Of a stretch of 64,000 bases of DNA, positions 51,201 through 63,664 are shown piece by piece. The DNA lies in NCBI RefSeq assembly GCF_964204645.1, contig NC_134033.1:11106655-11170654 (forward strand), read 5' to 3'. The notes under the pieces are model-generated. The model made no database searches. It saw only the letters and a list, made by a program, of their open reading frames with translations, and was not told where the DNA came from. The translations under genes were made by a program, and so were the position numbers. Source of the stretch: Tubulanus polymorphus (lineage: Eukaryota; Animalia; Nemertea). How positions within the stretch are numbered: position 1 is the stretch's first letter; every line of letters begins with the position of its first letter.

Positions 51201-52643
51201 TGGCAGTTTGTTGGCTTTAATGGATAGTTAACAGCAAGGGCCCGGTGTTAGTAACGTAGGTATCATCAATCCAGGGGCACATGTACAGTGTTCAAATAAA
51301 CTATCCAAACTATGAAAAAGGTTCACAATTTTTATATCTGCATCGTTTTTAAGCAGTATTTTTCACGGGAGTTACCACAACATCACGCTGCTGATCGACA
51401 CTTCCGTAATAGAAGTTTTCTATTTAGATCGGTTAAACAGGAGTTTCATTGATCGAAAGACAATGTCTAAAACTTGGAAAATTTCCATTTAAAACAGAAT
51501 ATGCATCATTGGAAATCTAATTAAAAGTAGCTTTGAGTTTTTAAATGAATGACCCTAGAATTAACGGCTTATGATGCCCAGTCAATCTGCTTGCTACCTG
51601 TACACACCGTCGACTTTATCATCATTCTTCCTATTTTCTATCATTCAGGTTTCACAATGTGTTCAGAGATTAATCCCATGGACACTCTTCATCAAAAATG
51701 AACTACAAAAGCAACACTTTATCACCTCAGAAAGCGATCATCAACACTTAATGTGTTCAAGACTATACCAGAGACATTTTCAAATTGAAGATGAACTACA
51801 AACACCAGACATTAGACATTAGACATTTCATCAGTACACTTTTGAAAGTGATCGTTTAGGCTTCACACATCCATAGGGCATAATTCCAGGCAGTAGATTG
51901 ATACCAGCATATATTTACAACAATCTTATCGTTCGACATTAACAACGTATCATTCGACTGAATGAATTACATAGAATTCTACCGATTCTTACTATACCCG
52001 AGTATTAAACATTTAGTTGAATTTCATGAGTCAAATCCTGATCATTTTCTCGAAAACAAATGTCTACATATCTTACACATCACAATCGCTATACAATTCC
52101 GTCAAAATATTTCAAAACACAAATTGGCAGCATTTTGGCTTTTATGAATCTCACACCAGCAAATAGAGAGAGAGAGGGCAGCACTGATTGCACTAAAACA
52201 TTGTTATATTAAACGTTATTATCACAGAACGAAATTGTATCGTCAAGTATCACTACGTGGCAGTCAGTAGCACACCCGATATGGCGTTAACAGCAGGGGT
52301 ACCATGTTGGTAGCAGAGCGTACCTCATTTATATCATATTGCTACCATAATGATAGCGACGCATATGAATATGGTATTGAATTGCTACTGCGTAGGTAGC
52401 AAAGCATACCACTCCGGTATCGTATCACTACCATGTTGCTAGCATATTCATACTGCGCTAGTATTACGTTGCTATCGCGCTGATAATGGTCATAACGTTT
52501 CGCATCACTACCAACTATTGGTCGCAGATCTTAACTACGTTCGTCGAGAAATGGCTACCTAGCTACCATGTCGGTAGCATATCGTTATCACAATCGTTGT
52601 CATAACGCCGCTATGTTTCGCTGTAAGTGTTATCCGATGAGTA

Positions 52644-52754
52644 TCACACGGTACTGAGTGATGGGTTGGCGTGGTTGAACAGTGCGTGCACGGTGATCCC
52701 GACGCGGAAAACTCCTTTCTCCTCCAGCACGTCGGTCGCTGAACATATTTGACC
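52644..52754 (-). CDS. LRCH: LRCH distal terminal exon, duplicate copy
   Basis: Identical to 55335-55445, with an intact ttttcag acceptor. Confidence 0.7.
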   Translation of the reverse strand, partial: GQICSATDVLEEKGVFRVGITVHALFNHANPSLSTV

Positions 52755-55334
52755 CTGAAAATATATCGTAAAACATGCATATATTAAACGAGGAAAAACT
52801 GGGAGAAACAAGGAAATGAATGAAACGATTGAAAATCTACAAAAAATGAGTGAATTTCATTCAACCTGCATCGAGCTAGATAGAGTAAAACTTCGCCAAG
52901 AACCTTAGTGTCTGATGTACCACTGAGTGGTGGGTACACTAGGAGTATAGAGCAATGGAGATCACTGTGGAGACAGCCACACTACAGGACTGGGTGAAGA
53001 GTTAAACCCGCTTCATCAGAGTCATTGGGGACCAATTTTATAAATCCAGTTCATGAGAAATCTGGATCAAACTACATTTATGCATAAGTGGACCACGAAT
53101 AATATCCAGATTCCAGATTAGATCAATATCGTATTAAATTATCCCGATTAAACGTGTCAATGTACAATATCCCGATAAAAACAGAACTTTCCCCGTGTTC
53201 TGATGACTGGCAGTAGGAAAGACCAGAGAGTTATTATCTAGACAGATTCGAATAGTAAGCTAGTGCAGTAGATATTCCGACATTTCGGCTATTACATTTT
53301 TGGAAAATCTCCCCGTCTGAATTACAAATGGTTTACTGTATTAAACTGTACTGATCAAGACCCTTGAGATAAATAGTTAACCTTCAACAGCATTTCTAAC
53401 ATTGTGTATTATTTACAAAGGAAAAATCTTCCAAATGTTTGCATCCCTTCAGCAAGGCCAGGTTCAGATGGCGTGGTTTTCATTTAGCTCATTATTTCAA
53501 CTACAGTAAAAACGAACTAATGCCTAACAAGCACATGAGAGGAAATTTGGTTTGATCAGAAGAGTTGTCCAAATTGCGTCCACTTGAAATTGCTAAAATT
53601 TAACCCCTTCCTCTCCTTGTTCACATTAAACCCTTCCCCCAGCACACCGTCTGAAACTGATTTTATTTAAAAAGTTTTCAATTCAACTTGAGAAGAAAAG
53701 CTACTTTCGTTCATCGATGAGTAGAAATAGTCCGATGTTTTGACAACAGGGCAAACATGGCAGCAGTAGCAAACATTCAGTATATTTACAGGTTACAGGA
53801 GATAACGAGATCAGGAAGTTTGTACTCGACGATGACAACCAGAGATGAGAGAGGTAAATGGAGAGATGTTGAGAAGATTTTTTAAAACTGGTGGCAGTTT
53901 GTTGGCTTTAATGGATAGTTAACAGCAAGGGCCCGGTGTTAGTAACGTAGGTATCATCAATCCAGGGGCACATGTACAGTGTTCAAATAAACTATCCAAA
54001 CTATGAAAAAGGTTCACAATTTTTATATCTGCATCGTTTTTAAGCAGTATTTTTCACGGGAGTTACCACAACATCACGCTGCTGATCGACACTTCCGTAA
54101 TAGAAGTTTTCTATTTAGATCGGTTAAACAGGAGTTTCATTGATCGAAAGACAATGTCTAAAACTTGGAAAATTTCCATTTAAAACAGAATATGCATCAT
54201 TGGAAATCTAATTAAAAGTAGCTTTGAGTTTTTAAATGAATGACCCTAGAATTAACGGCTTATGATGCCCAGTCAATCTGCTTGCTACCTGTACACACCG
54301 TCGACTTTATCATCATTCTTCCTATTTTCTATCATTCAGGTTTCACAATGTGTTCAGAGATTAATCCCATGGACACTCTTCATCAAAAATGAACTACAAA
54401 AGCAACACTTTATCACCTCAGAAAGCGATCATCAACACTTAATGTGTTCAAGACTATACCAGAGACATTTTCAAATTGAAGATGAACTACAAACACCAGA
54501 CATTAGACATTAGACATTTCATCAGTACACTTTTGAAAGTGATCGTTTAGGCTTCACACATCCATAGGGCATAATTCCAGGCAGTAGATTGATACCAGCA
54601 TATATTTACAACAATCTTATCGTTCGACATTAACAACGTATCATTCGACTGAATGAATTACATAGAATTCTACCGATTCTTACTATACCCGAGTATTAAA
54701 CATTTAGTTGAATTTCATGAGTCAAATCCTGATCATTTTCTCGAAAACAAATGTCTACATATCTTACACATCACAATCGCTATACAATTCCGTCAAAATA
54801 TTTCAAAACACAAATTGGCAGCATTTTGGCTTTTATGAATCTCACACCAGCAAATAGAGAGAGAGAGGGCAGCACTGATTGCACTAAAACATTGTTATAT
54901 TAAACGTTATTATCACAGAACGAAATTGTATCGTCAAGTATCACTACGTGGCAGTCAGTAGCACACCCGATATGGCGTTAACAGCAGGGGTACCATGTTG
55001 GTAGCAGAGCGTACCTCATTTATATCATATTGCTACCATAATGATAGCGACGCATATGAATATGGTATTGAATTGCTACTGCGTAGGTAGCAAAGCATAC
55101 CACTCCGGTATCGTATCACTACCATGTTGCTAGCATATTCATACTGCGCTAGTATTACGTTGCTATCGCGCTGATAATGGTCATAACGTTTCGCATCACT
55201 ACCAACTATTGGTCGCAGATCTTAACTACGTTCGTCGAGAAATGGCTACCTAGCTACCATGTCGGTAGCATATCGTTATCACAATCGTTGTCATAACGCC
55301 GCTATGTTTCGCTGTAAGTGTTATCCGATGAGTA

Positions 55335-55445
55335 TCACACGGTACTGAGTGATGGGTTGGCGTGGTTGAACAGTGCGTGCACGGTGATCCCGACGCGGAA
55401 AACTCCTTTCTCCTCCAGCACGTCGGTCGCTGAACATATTTGACC
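55335..55445 (-). CDS. LRCH: LRCH alternative terminal exon B (end of CH domain, soluble isoform ending -STV)
   Basis: Phase-0 exon GQICSATDVLEEKGVFRVGITVHALFNHANPSLSTV*, resembling the vertebrate LRCH tail (LC...ILEEKG..V..TV.ALL...LSAV). Confidence 0.82.
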   Translation of the reverse strand, partial: GQICSATDVLEEKGVFRVGITVHALFNHANPSLSTV

Positions 55446-57255
55446 CTGAAAATATATCGTAAAACATGCATATATTAAACGAGGAAAAACTGGGAGAAAC
55501 AAGGAAATGAATGAAACGATTGAAAATCTACAAAAAATGAGTGAATTTCATTCAACCTGCATCGAGCTAGATAGAGTAAAACTTCGCCAAGAACCTTAGT
55601 GTCTGATGTACCACTGAGTGGTGGGTACACTAGGAGTATAGAGCAATGGAGATCACTGTGGAGACAGCCACACTACAGGACTGGGTGAAGAGTTAAACCC
55701 GCTTCATCAGAGTCATTGGGGACCAATTTTATAAATCCAGTTCATGAGAAATCTGGATCAAACTACATTTATGCATAAGTGGACCACGAATAATATCCAG
55801 ATTCCAGATTAGATCAATATCGTATTAAATTATCCCGATTAAACGTGTCAATGTACAGATCCGATCAAAACCAGTGGTAAATGATGATGCATGCACCTGG
55901 TGGCCTTGCAGTAGTAAAGTTCAGTAGACTTGATTTGGCTCAGATCTCTGAGGGAGTTGGAGCAAGACTGATGATTCTCCAAGGCTGTCAGAGTGACAAC
56001 GTCTTCATCATATTAATTGGAGTAGGAAAATTCTGGACATTTATTCCGCAGCATGTGACATTTAGAGGCAATTGGATGTATAAGAAATCCACCGATATAA
56101 ACCAGATATATACATGTATCCGCTCTTCTGAAAAAATTTACCTTAACAATTGAATTACTTGAATAAATGTATCATTTATTTATTGGTCTATGGTTCGACT
56201 ACATTGAACACAGAAAATCTTTTTCAGTTACCCACTTGCCAGGGAAAGAATGATATTACATCCCTTGTCAGTGTCACAAGAAATTCATCGATGTCAGTCT
56301 GTACACAAAACAAAGAACAATGGCCCCATGAATACTACCATAAAATTGGAAATTTTGAAACTAGGATTTTCTGGTTTCAGGAGGGTCTACAGTACCTGTT
56401 GGAAGTAACTGAATTAAATCGGGCAATGGCAAGTGAGGAAGATATAAATAGATCAGAAATGCCATCTGTTGGCTGGAATTTCAATGTGTAAATCTTTTGC
56501 ACTTTTATTGAAGGGAAATTTTTTTTTTTGAAAAAAAAAAAAAAAAGCGATTGTCATTAAAACAAAGTCCGTATCAATACAAAAATCAATTCTAGTTTTT
56601 TCCAGTTATAATTCACAACAACTTTACATACACTTACTAAACAACAGCTAAAAATTCATGGCTCCCACAGCAAGGTGAATTCGAAATTACCAAGTTTTCC
56701 CAAAGTATTGGTTGTGACGGATGCTTTCTGGATGGGGCGTTTTAAACGAGTAGATACCAATGAAATTTGCCCTTGGTCCCATGTAGAAAATAAATTTCTC
56801 AAATACTTCACGATTAGAGGAAAATTTCTCAAATTTCGCAAATATTTCCAAACCCAAAAATATCATTTCAAAATTCTGAAGGTTTTTCCGATATCCTGGT
56901 ACAGCGGGAACCATGTCAATTAAAGCAACAGGATTTTCACTTTCTACGCAAAAACGCTTTCATTTCATACAAAATCTCTCATAAATATAGTGGAAGATTT
57001 CCTTCATCGTGGGAAGCATTGTGCGCAATTAATCTAATCAGCATATCTATTATTCTATAGAGACGACGCCGGGGAATATTGTGGACTTTTTTTCAGCAAG
57101 TATCTCAATCACAGGTAAGCCTTTAATACGTACAAATATCTAACTTGAATTGCATATACCGGTTATTATACTAAAACAGAGAAATATTCGCAACTAACAA
57201 GACAGACAAACGGACAGACAGACAGAAATCATCTTTTTTAGATACCGATCATCTT

Positions 57256-57758
57256 CTACTGTCTGTCACACCTACTCTCCGTGCGACGTTTTGGTCTGTA
57301 ATTTCGTTAATAATCGATTTATCTACCTTTATTACGCATCAATTTGTTCAGTGAGGAATTTGCATTCAGAAATAAACAACAATTTTCACTAAAGTTTTTG
57401 TTTTCATTTATGAGCGATAGTTTACTCGGCATACGCTCGCGTAATGCTGAAAAATCAGCTCCGCGGACGCTCGGAAACGTTACAGTGACGTCATCACCTG
57501 CTCATTAGCATATCAAAATACAGTAGGTGGCGCCACGTGACGGGCCATAAAAGCCGTTTTTCAGCATTACGCTAGCGTATGCTAGGTAAACTATTGCTGA
57601 TAGATGAAAACACAAACAAATTTATGCCAGTTCATGATTTATTTCTGAATGCAAATTCCTTACTGAACAAATTGATGCATTATATTTACAGATCAACCGA
57701 TTATTAACGAAATTACAGACCAAAACGTCGCACGAAGAGCATGTGTGACAGACAGTAG
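57256..57758. mobile_element. ~500-bp foldback element with ~200-bp TIRs
   Basis: ctactgtctgtcacac...gtgcgacgttttggtctgtaatttcgttaataatcg has an inverted copy ending ...gtgtgacagacagtag. Flanks tcatctt / tcatttt may be a 7-bp TSD with one mismatch. Confidence 0.82.
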
Positions 57759-58407
57759 TCATTTTTTTGAATGACTCTTTAATTCTTACTCTTTTTAGAA
57801 AAGAATTGGCAGATTTTTGCGTATGCTCTAAGTGGATGGTCCCTGACTAAATATTTGGTCCCCACTTGATCAAATTTATCCAATCCAATCCGAATAAGAC
57901 TGTTAAATATCTACCTACTCTATTTCTCATCTTTGCATCACATATTTGCATCCATCAACATCAAAATATTGCGATATTTTGCTCTTTTCTCAAAAAACTC
58001 ACTACAAGTCCGTTGTACGTTTAAAATCCATTATACAAAATTATACCATTGAACACAACAAAGATGAAAACGCCTTTTTTTATAATAATGAGACAATTAC
58101 GTAAAATTATTTACAAAAATATTTCAATTTTCAAAACAATTTATGAAAAGAAGAGTTTGAAAAAAAAAACATATCAAACCCATTTTCGGCGAAATGCAAA
58201 TTCAAATCAATGAATGAAATTGAAATACCATCCAGGTAAATTTTAGACATCAATACATCGTCATGGAAATGAAAATCTCGTTGAAAGCCTTTTAAAAAAG
58301 ATTCCAAAACATCAGGTCCCATAAATACCGGGTACGTCTGTTAATGAAACTATTTGCACATATTCAAATCATCCAAGTATAACCTCTAAAATCAAAATGC
58401 CTTTTAA

Positions 58408-58632
58408 AGCCGTGATCACACGAGTGTTTTTGGGCAATGCAGGATAAACAACCTTGGGCCATCCGTTCACATGATGCCAATTTGACCCGCACCTGTTTGA
58501 CCCCGGTAAAGGGCTGATAAAAAATGTCAGACCGTGTCTGTGCCAAGTGTAATTATTGCGAATGTATGCTAACTGGCTGCGGAGGTGACTTATTTCACTT
58601 AGTAAGCATTGTTTAGTATTGCGATCACGGCT
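58408..58632. mobile_element. MITE with TTAA flanks (Kolobok- or Harbinger-like)
   Basis: ttaa-agccgtgatcac ... gcgatcacggct-ttaa. Confidence 0.6.
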
Positions 58633-60327
58633 TTAATCTCTAGAATAACCGATACCCACACCCTTCTCATAATCGAACCACTGCATCATTCATGTGATTT
58701 ACATATATCCATGTGGTTCCTAATCCCTGTAATATCTTCTGTCAAATTATCTTTTATACCCCATATAACCCCCCCAACCCACACTTGATGTATTATGAAA
58801 AGTGTCCAAATCGTAACTAGGTTAATAAAATACGCCTGGGATAATGAATTAGATTGTGCATTCATTTTATGAACCCCCCATAGTAAAATACCAATGTTTA
58901 CAGACAATTTATCATTGAATAAATAGCAAAATATATAGGCTTCATTATATATCATATACTGGTATAAAATTATGAAAATTTTTTAAAAATCATGACCCTG
59001 TTGATAGTTGTAATATAAAGAAGCAGAAAGAGACAGTTTTGGAGTAATCCGACTCCAAGGTATTTAGAGAGACAGGTAAATTGGAGTAGGTCTAAATCAG
59101 TTCTTTTTTCAGATACAGTTTGCCCCAAGGGGGAAAAGATGGAAGCAGTAAATGAAGAATGCAGTTATAATGAGACTTTCTGATGAGATTTTTTACAACA
59201 TTCCACAGGCTCAATATGCAAATTGTCGATTTATAATACTCTTTAACTAACGGTTCAGTATTTGCACACATTTTCTATAGTAGACTCCTACTACCGACTT
59301 GGTCCAGAAAGTTCGCTGTAACTCTAACGTAGGGAGAAATTGTGCTGTTATCATGAATTTGGCATTGTAAGAATAGATTTCCGTTAGATTTGATGTGTTT
59401 GAATGTTCACAGGAAAATGTTGGCATTGTACTCTACTCTGCCTACAACCTCTATTTATTCAATTCAATCAGTTGTGGCAGATTTTACATATTTCCGAAAT
59501 CTCTCGCTCGGCAAAATCGACACCATAAAAATCTGTAGAATTGAACTTGAAGTTCTAAGGTAGAAACTTTACAGGTTCCATCTTTACCAGGTAGAGGAGT
59601 CTACTGTTTATCACATTCATTTTTAAGGCATGCATTATTTTACATCAATCTCACTAATCCTCCCTTCATTAAACAATTCGAAGCATTCATACATTATAAT
59701 GTTACCGGGGCGGTCATGTTTAAAAAAGTTACATTGATGGTGACAAGCAACACATAACACAAACAAGCCATTGACAATATGGTAAGCATCACGCGGGTCA
59801 TCCACTTATAATCCATTTATAATCATATCTCCAACAAATCATTCTTCCCTATAATAGACTTGAACATTTATTCTGCACCTTCCGGAACCCGTTAAACCGG
59901 TGTCAGTTGACTTTTGTTAACTTGAAGATTTTGAGGGCCCATCAATTTAAAAAACACTTTTTTTTCAGAGGAACAAATTTGTCGTAAAAATTTACTAAAA
60001 TCCAGTTTTTTCATCAATGTAGATAGTTATTCAAGTAATTGGTGGTACAATTTGAATTTGAACGAACTTATAATTGATACCTCCGCCAAGGAGGATATAC
60101 TTTGCAACCATCCAACTGTTTACATGAAGCAAAATCGGATTTTCACCAGGAGAATTTTTGCCAAGGGATTATTAACCGGAAGATTTTTACCTTAGAGGGA
60201 TTTTCACATACATTTAGTTCGATTGTTTGTATAATATAAATGGATGACGCTGCATTGGTTTTTTTTGTACAGCAGTAGCGGGGATAAGATACGTTAATCT
60301 CTCTCTCTCTCTCACTCTCTCTCAGTC

Positions 60328-60504
60328 TCAGTCAGGAGACGCGTTATATGCCAGATAGATCGTTGTAGCGACAAATATAAGCACACACATATATGAGACT
60401 AGATAATCCCGATAGGTTAGTCGTGGATACAGTAGTAACTGGCTGACAGTGTTAACAATTCGCCCATTCCCGTCCATTATATCGTCGCATGCACACACAC
60501 ACTC
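60328..60504 (-). CDS. LRCH: LRCH alternative terminal exon A (end of CH domain + C-terminal transmembrane helix)
   Basis: Phase-0 acceptor (ttgcag). Reads ECVCACDDIMDGNGRIVNTVSQLLLYPRLTYRDYLVSYMCVLIFVATTIYLAYNASPD*, i.e. a C..DI...TV..LL CH-end motif followed by a hydrophobic tail, as in TM isoforms of vertebrate LRCH. Confidence 0.78.
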   Translation of the reverse strand, partial: ECVCACDDIMDGNGRIVNTVSQLLLYPRLTYRDYLVSYMCVLIFVATTIYLAYNASPD

Positions 60505-61636
60505 CTGCAAAGAGCCAATAGGAAGAGTCGTTGTATTATTCGGTTGCTACGGTCATGCTCATTGTTTTAACATGCACGGCGACGGTTACTATGGACGATG
60601 GGTTATAAGTATTTTTTCGACGACCGTCGTATTATTTTCTTTTTATGAGTTACATCTAGGGACGAGGATTCAAACAGAAACAAATCGTCGATACACTATT
60701 AATACTAGCAACACGATATTGCGGTTTACAATGGTAATTAACTGATTACATAACTAACATATAAATCCGATAATTGATATAATTAATTAATCATCATTCT
60801 CATCAAGCGATATCTAAATCATCATTTCCATGCATAAGGTGAATATGTCTATATACTTGGATATTATGTTTAATCTTTTGAGGATGGAAAAATAGGTTGC
60901 CCTGAGTTTTGACGCCATATGCGCGCACACGCAGTCAACAATCACGATGTCAAACCAAATCAAGTCAACGACCCTTCGTTTTGGCTCCAAATGTAGGAAT
61001 AACAATATGTAGCTCGTTGGTACCGTTCGGTGGGTTCCTCGGTAGAATACCAGGTTCTCTACTCTGCCTTACAAGTCTTCATTGAGATGCCAATTCGATA
61101 TACTTTTTCCAGACTAGATGGGACCATAATTGTCGCGATCACATGGAGGCAATTTGACCAGGGCCAATGTTACTTTTCTATCCATTGTCGTTAGATTACA
61201 TCATTAGAAATAAGCATATGAAGTCAGTAAGTAAGTTTTTGACTCGTCCGTCCGAGCTATAGCTTGCAAATGCACTTATTGAATGCGGTCGAATATGCTA
61301 TTTCTAAAAAAATGCAGTTTTTTTCCATAGATAGATATTCTCGATAAAATAATAATAATGCCTCTTAAATTTAGACAGTCGATATAATGTCTACTGCAGA
61401 GCATACACGCCCAGGTTTTGCAGCGTAAGTAATTCAAATAGTTAAAGAGCGTGTTTTGATTTTCCCGGAGAGATTTGTGCGACATTCCTGTACGGTAAGC
61501 AGAATGAGATTTCTAGATGCAATTGATTGAAAGGTGAAATTCACTCATTTGGGAGATTGAAAATATATCTTGTAACAAGCAGAATTCATGTGCAATTACA
61601 GTTCATTCAGTGATCATATATATGTATTATACACCA

Positions 61637-61943
61637 GGCCCGGTTTCACGAGAAAACTCTTAACTTCAAATAGTTAAGCACGCACAGCATGAAATAAACC
61701 GAAAACACGAAACACAAATGATTTTCTCACACGTTTCAAAACGACATACATTTCTCCAAAACAAGAAACACCGCTTCACCAGATAATGAAACAACACTTG
61801 TTTCTATTGGTGTATGAGATGTCAGTATTAGCTAAAAAAGAAACACTGAAACACAAGATGTTTTCCTTGTTTCAACATTTTTCTTGCTATGCGCGCTAGG
61901 GTCTAAACCATAGAGATTAATTTATGATTTGTGAAACTGGGCC
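61637..61943. mobile_element. Harbinger-like MITE
   Basis: TIRs ggcccggtttcac / gtgaaactgggcc. Confidence 0.55.
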
Positions 61944-62440
61944 GAGGGCCTGCAGCTATTATAGACATTCTCAATAACGCTTGTCTATAAAACTAGCCCC
62001 TTAACTTTATTTAACCCTCCACCACCGATAATAATCTGACCAAATTTTGAAATATTTTCAAGAAGGCAAACCATGATCCAAAACAAGCGAAGTTTATCGA
62101 TCGGAAAATCTACTTAAATTCCAAATGGTGCATCGAACTACCGTAGACACTTGAAAGTATTTGAATTGATGAAAAAATTTTTCTTGAATAAATTTCTTTC
62201 AGCCACCAATATTTTTTTCTGCTTTTCAAAACAGTCAATTACATGAGCATAGTTTGAACGTAAGACAAAAAATTCAATACCGATACAGAAACAAAAATAT
62301 GAAACAAGGTCTGCAATTGTATGCTTTTAGCACTGTACTTCCGTTTCTTACTGGTCCATCCATCGCCAAACTATATCCCCCGCTCAGAGCTGAACTGTTT
62401 TGAAAAGTATTAAATCCCGTATCGTGTGTCTGTTACTCAC

Positions 62441-62518
62441 CTTATCAACGCCAATTTTACGGCAAGCTTCCAGAAAATTCTCGACGTTGCGACGACATTT
62501 CGCCATACTCAAATTCGG
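62441..62518 (-). CDS. LRCH: LRCH penultimate exon (calponin-homology domain); upstream exons lie beyond the window
   Basis: PNLSMAKCRRNVENFLEACRKIGVDK with AG/GT flanks in phase 0. Near-identical to the LRCH motif PKL.MAKCRRNVENFLEACRKIGV. Confidence 0.92.
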
Positions 62519-63275
62519 CTGCAAAAACAAGAGCAAAAACAACGATTAGTGAAAGTTAATGCAACAAAAGTTTATATCGTTAACATGAAAAAAAATTCCG
62601 AGTGACAATTTCCTGGTGGTCAGATTAACCGGTGCCGTTTCTCTGTCCGCAGTATATAAATTTCAGGTCCCTATTTGGATAGAATGGGCTTGAATTGAAT
62701 TTCTTTTGAAAAGACCTGATAACAAAGCACATCATTTCCTCCCGGTTACCCCACATGAAACAAGCATTTCAGAAACCCTGCAGGAAAACACAAAACAAAT
62801 CCGTTTCTGGCTTGTTTCACGACTGTCTCTATGCTTTGAATTATGTTTCGCTAAGTGCGCTAGGGTTAAGAATTACTTTGTCCCAATCTCAAAACGGCAA
62901 CAAAAGAGTGCTGTACAACAACTGTGAATGAAGAAAAATAGTCAATAAATCTGTTTGATTCGATGAATGGATTGGGAATTCCTGCACTTTTTACCAACTG
63001 TTTACGCGATTAATCCAGAGCTGTCTGATATGACAATTATTTCTGATTTATTTCATGCGCGAATTTCTGAAGACGCAAACGTAAATTCTTCGCAAACAAT
63101 GATCTTAATGATAACAAAACTAGCAAAAACAACAAGACAATCATGATTATCGGAAAATCTATTCATTAAAAAGAAAAATCTGCCGCCGACATAGGGAGTC
63201 CTTTTAGAGTTCTTTTTGTTTCCTTATGTTTTTAATAATAAATGTTTTGTCTTTAAAAGCTGTTGGAACTAAATC

Positions 63276-63281
63276 TATAAA
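63276..63281 (+). promoter_or_regulatory. TATA box upstream of the sPLA2 gene
   Basis: ctataaagg ~95 bp upstream of the ATG. Confidence 0.45.
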
Positions 63282-63370
63282 GGAGTACAAAAATGTAAAA
63301 CAGGCCGGGTTAAAACAGGAGTAAAACGGTGGCAAAACGGTTTCGAATTTTAAACGTCATTTTCACAAAG

Positions 63371-63664
63371 ATGAATCGCTTGAAGATTTTATTGGTTTTA
63401 TTTCTTGTTGTAGCCGGTAAGTGATTTGAACCTATCATCCAGGCACCAGTTGTCCTAGCGGCCAATTTTCCTGGGGCCAAATATCTCGAGGCCAATATTA
63501 ATTAATGATACGGTTTTAACAGATTTCAGAGAAAGTTCTCAGAATATAATTCAATTTGCGATGATGGTCTATCACGCGTCGAGGATGACATATTCAGATT
63601 TGATTGGTTATGGAAACTGGTGTGGTAGTGGTGGAAGTGGCGCCCAAGTCGATCAAATTGACAG
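63371..63664 (+). CDS. Secretory phospholipase A2 (group I/II/X-like fold), exons 1-2; the rest lies beyond the window
   Basis: Exon 1 (63371-63416) is the signal peptide MNRLKILLVLFLVVA with a phase-1 intron. Exon 2 (63523-63664) reads DFRESSQNIIQFAMMVYHASRMTYSDLIGYGNWCGSGGSGAQVDQIDR with a phase-2 donor. It has the NxxQFxxM N-terminus and YGxWCGxGGxG..VD..D Ca2+-loop, and the intron positions are typical of sPLA2 genes. Confidence 0.88.

Larger units (their letters stand above)
50479..55857. repeat. 2691-bp period tandem duplication (50479-53166 / 53170-55857)
   Basis: Identical ORFs offset by 2691 (51571/54262, 51962/54653, 52559/55250). No mismatches were seen by eye. The junction insert is 3 bp (ata). 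Confidence 0.95.

Noticed and set aside
55881-56491. Two adjacent ORFs (90 and 113 aa) in the LRCH intron
   Set aside because: No recognisable motif, signal peptide or coherent exon chain.
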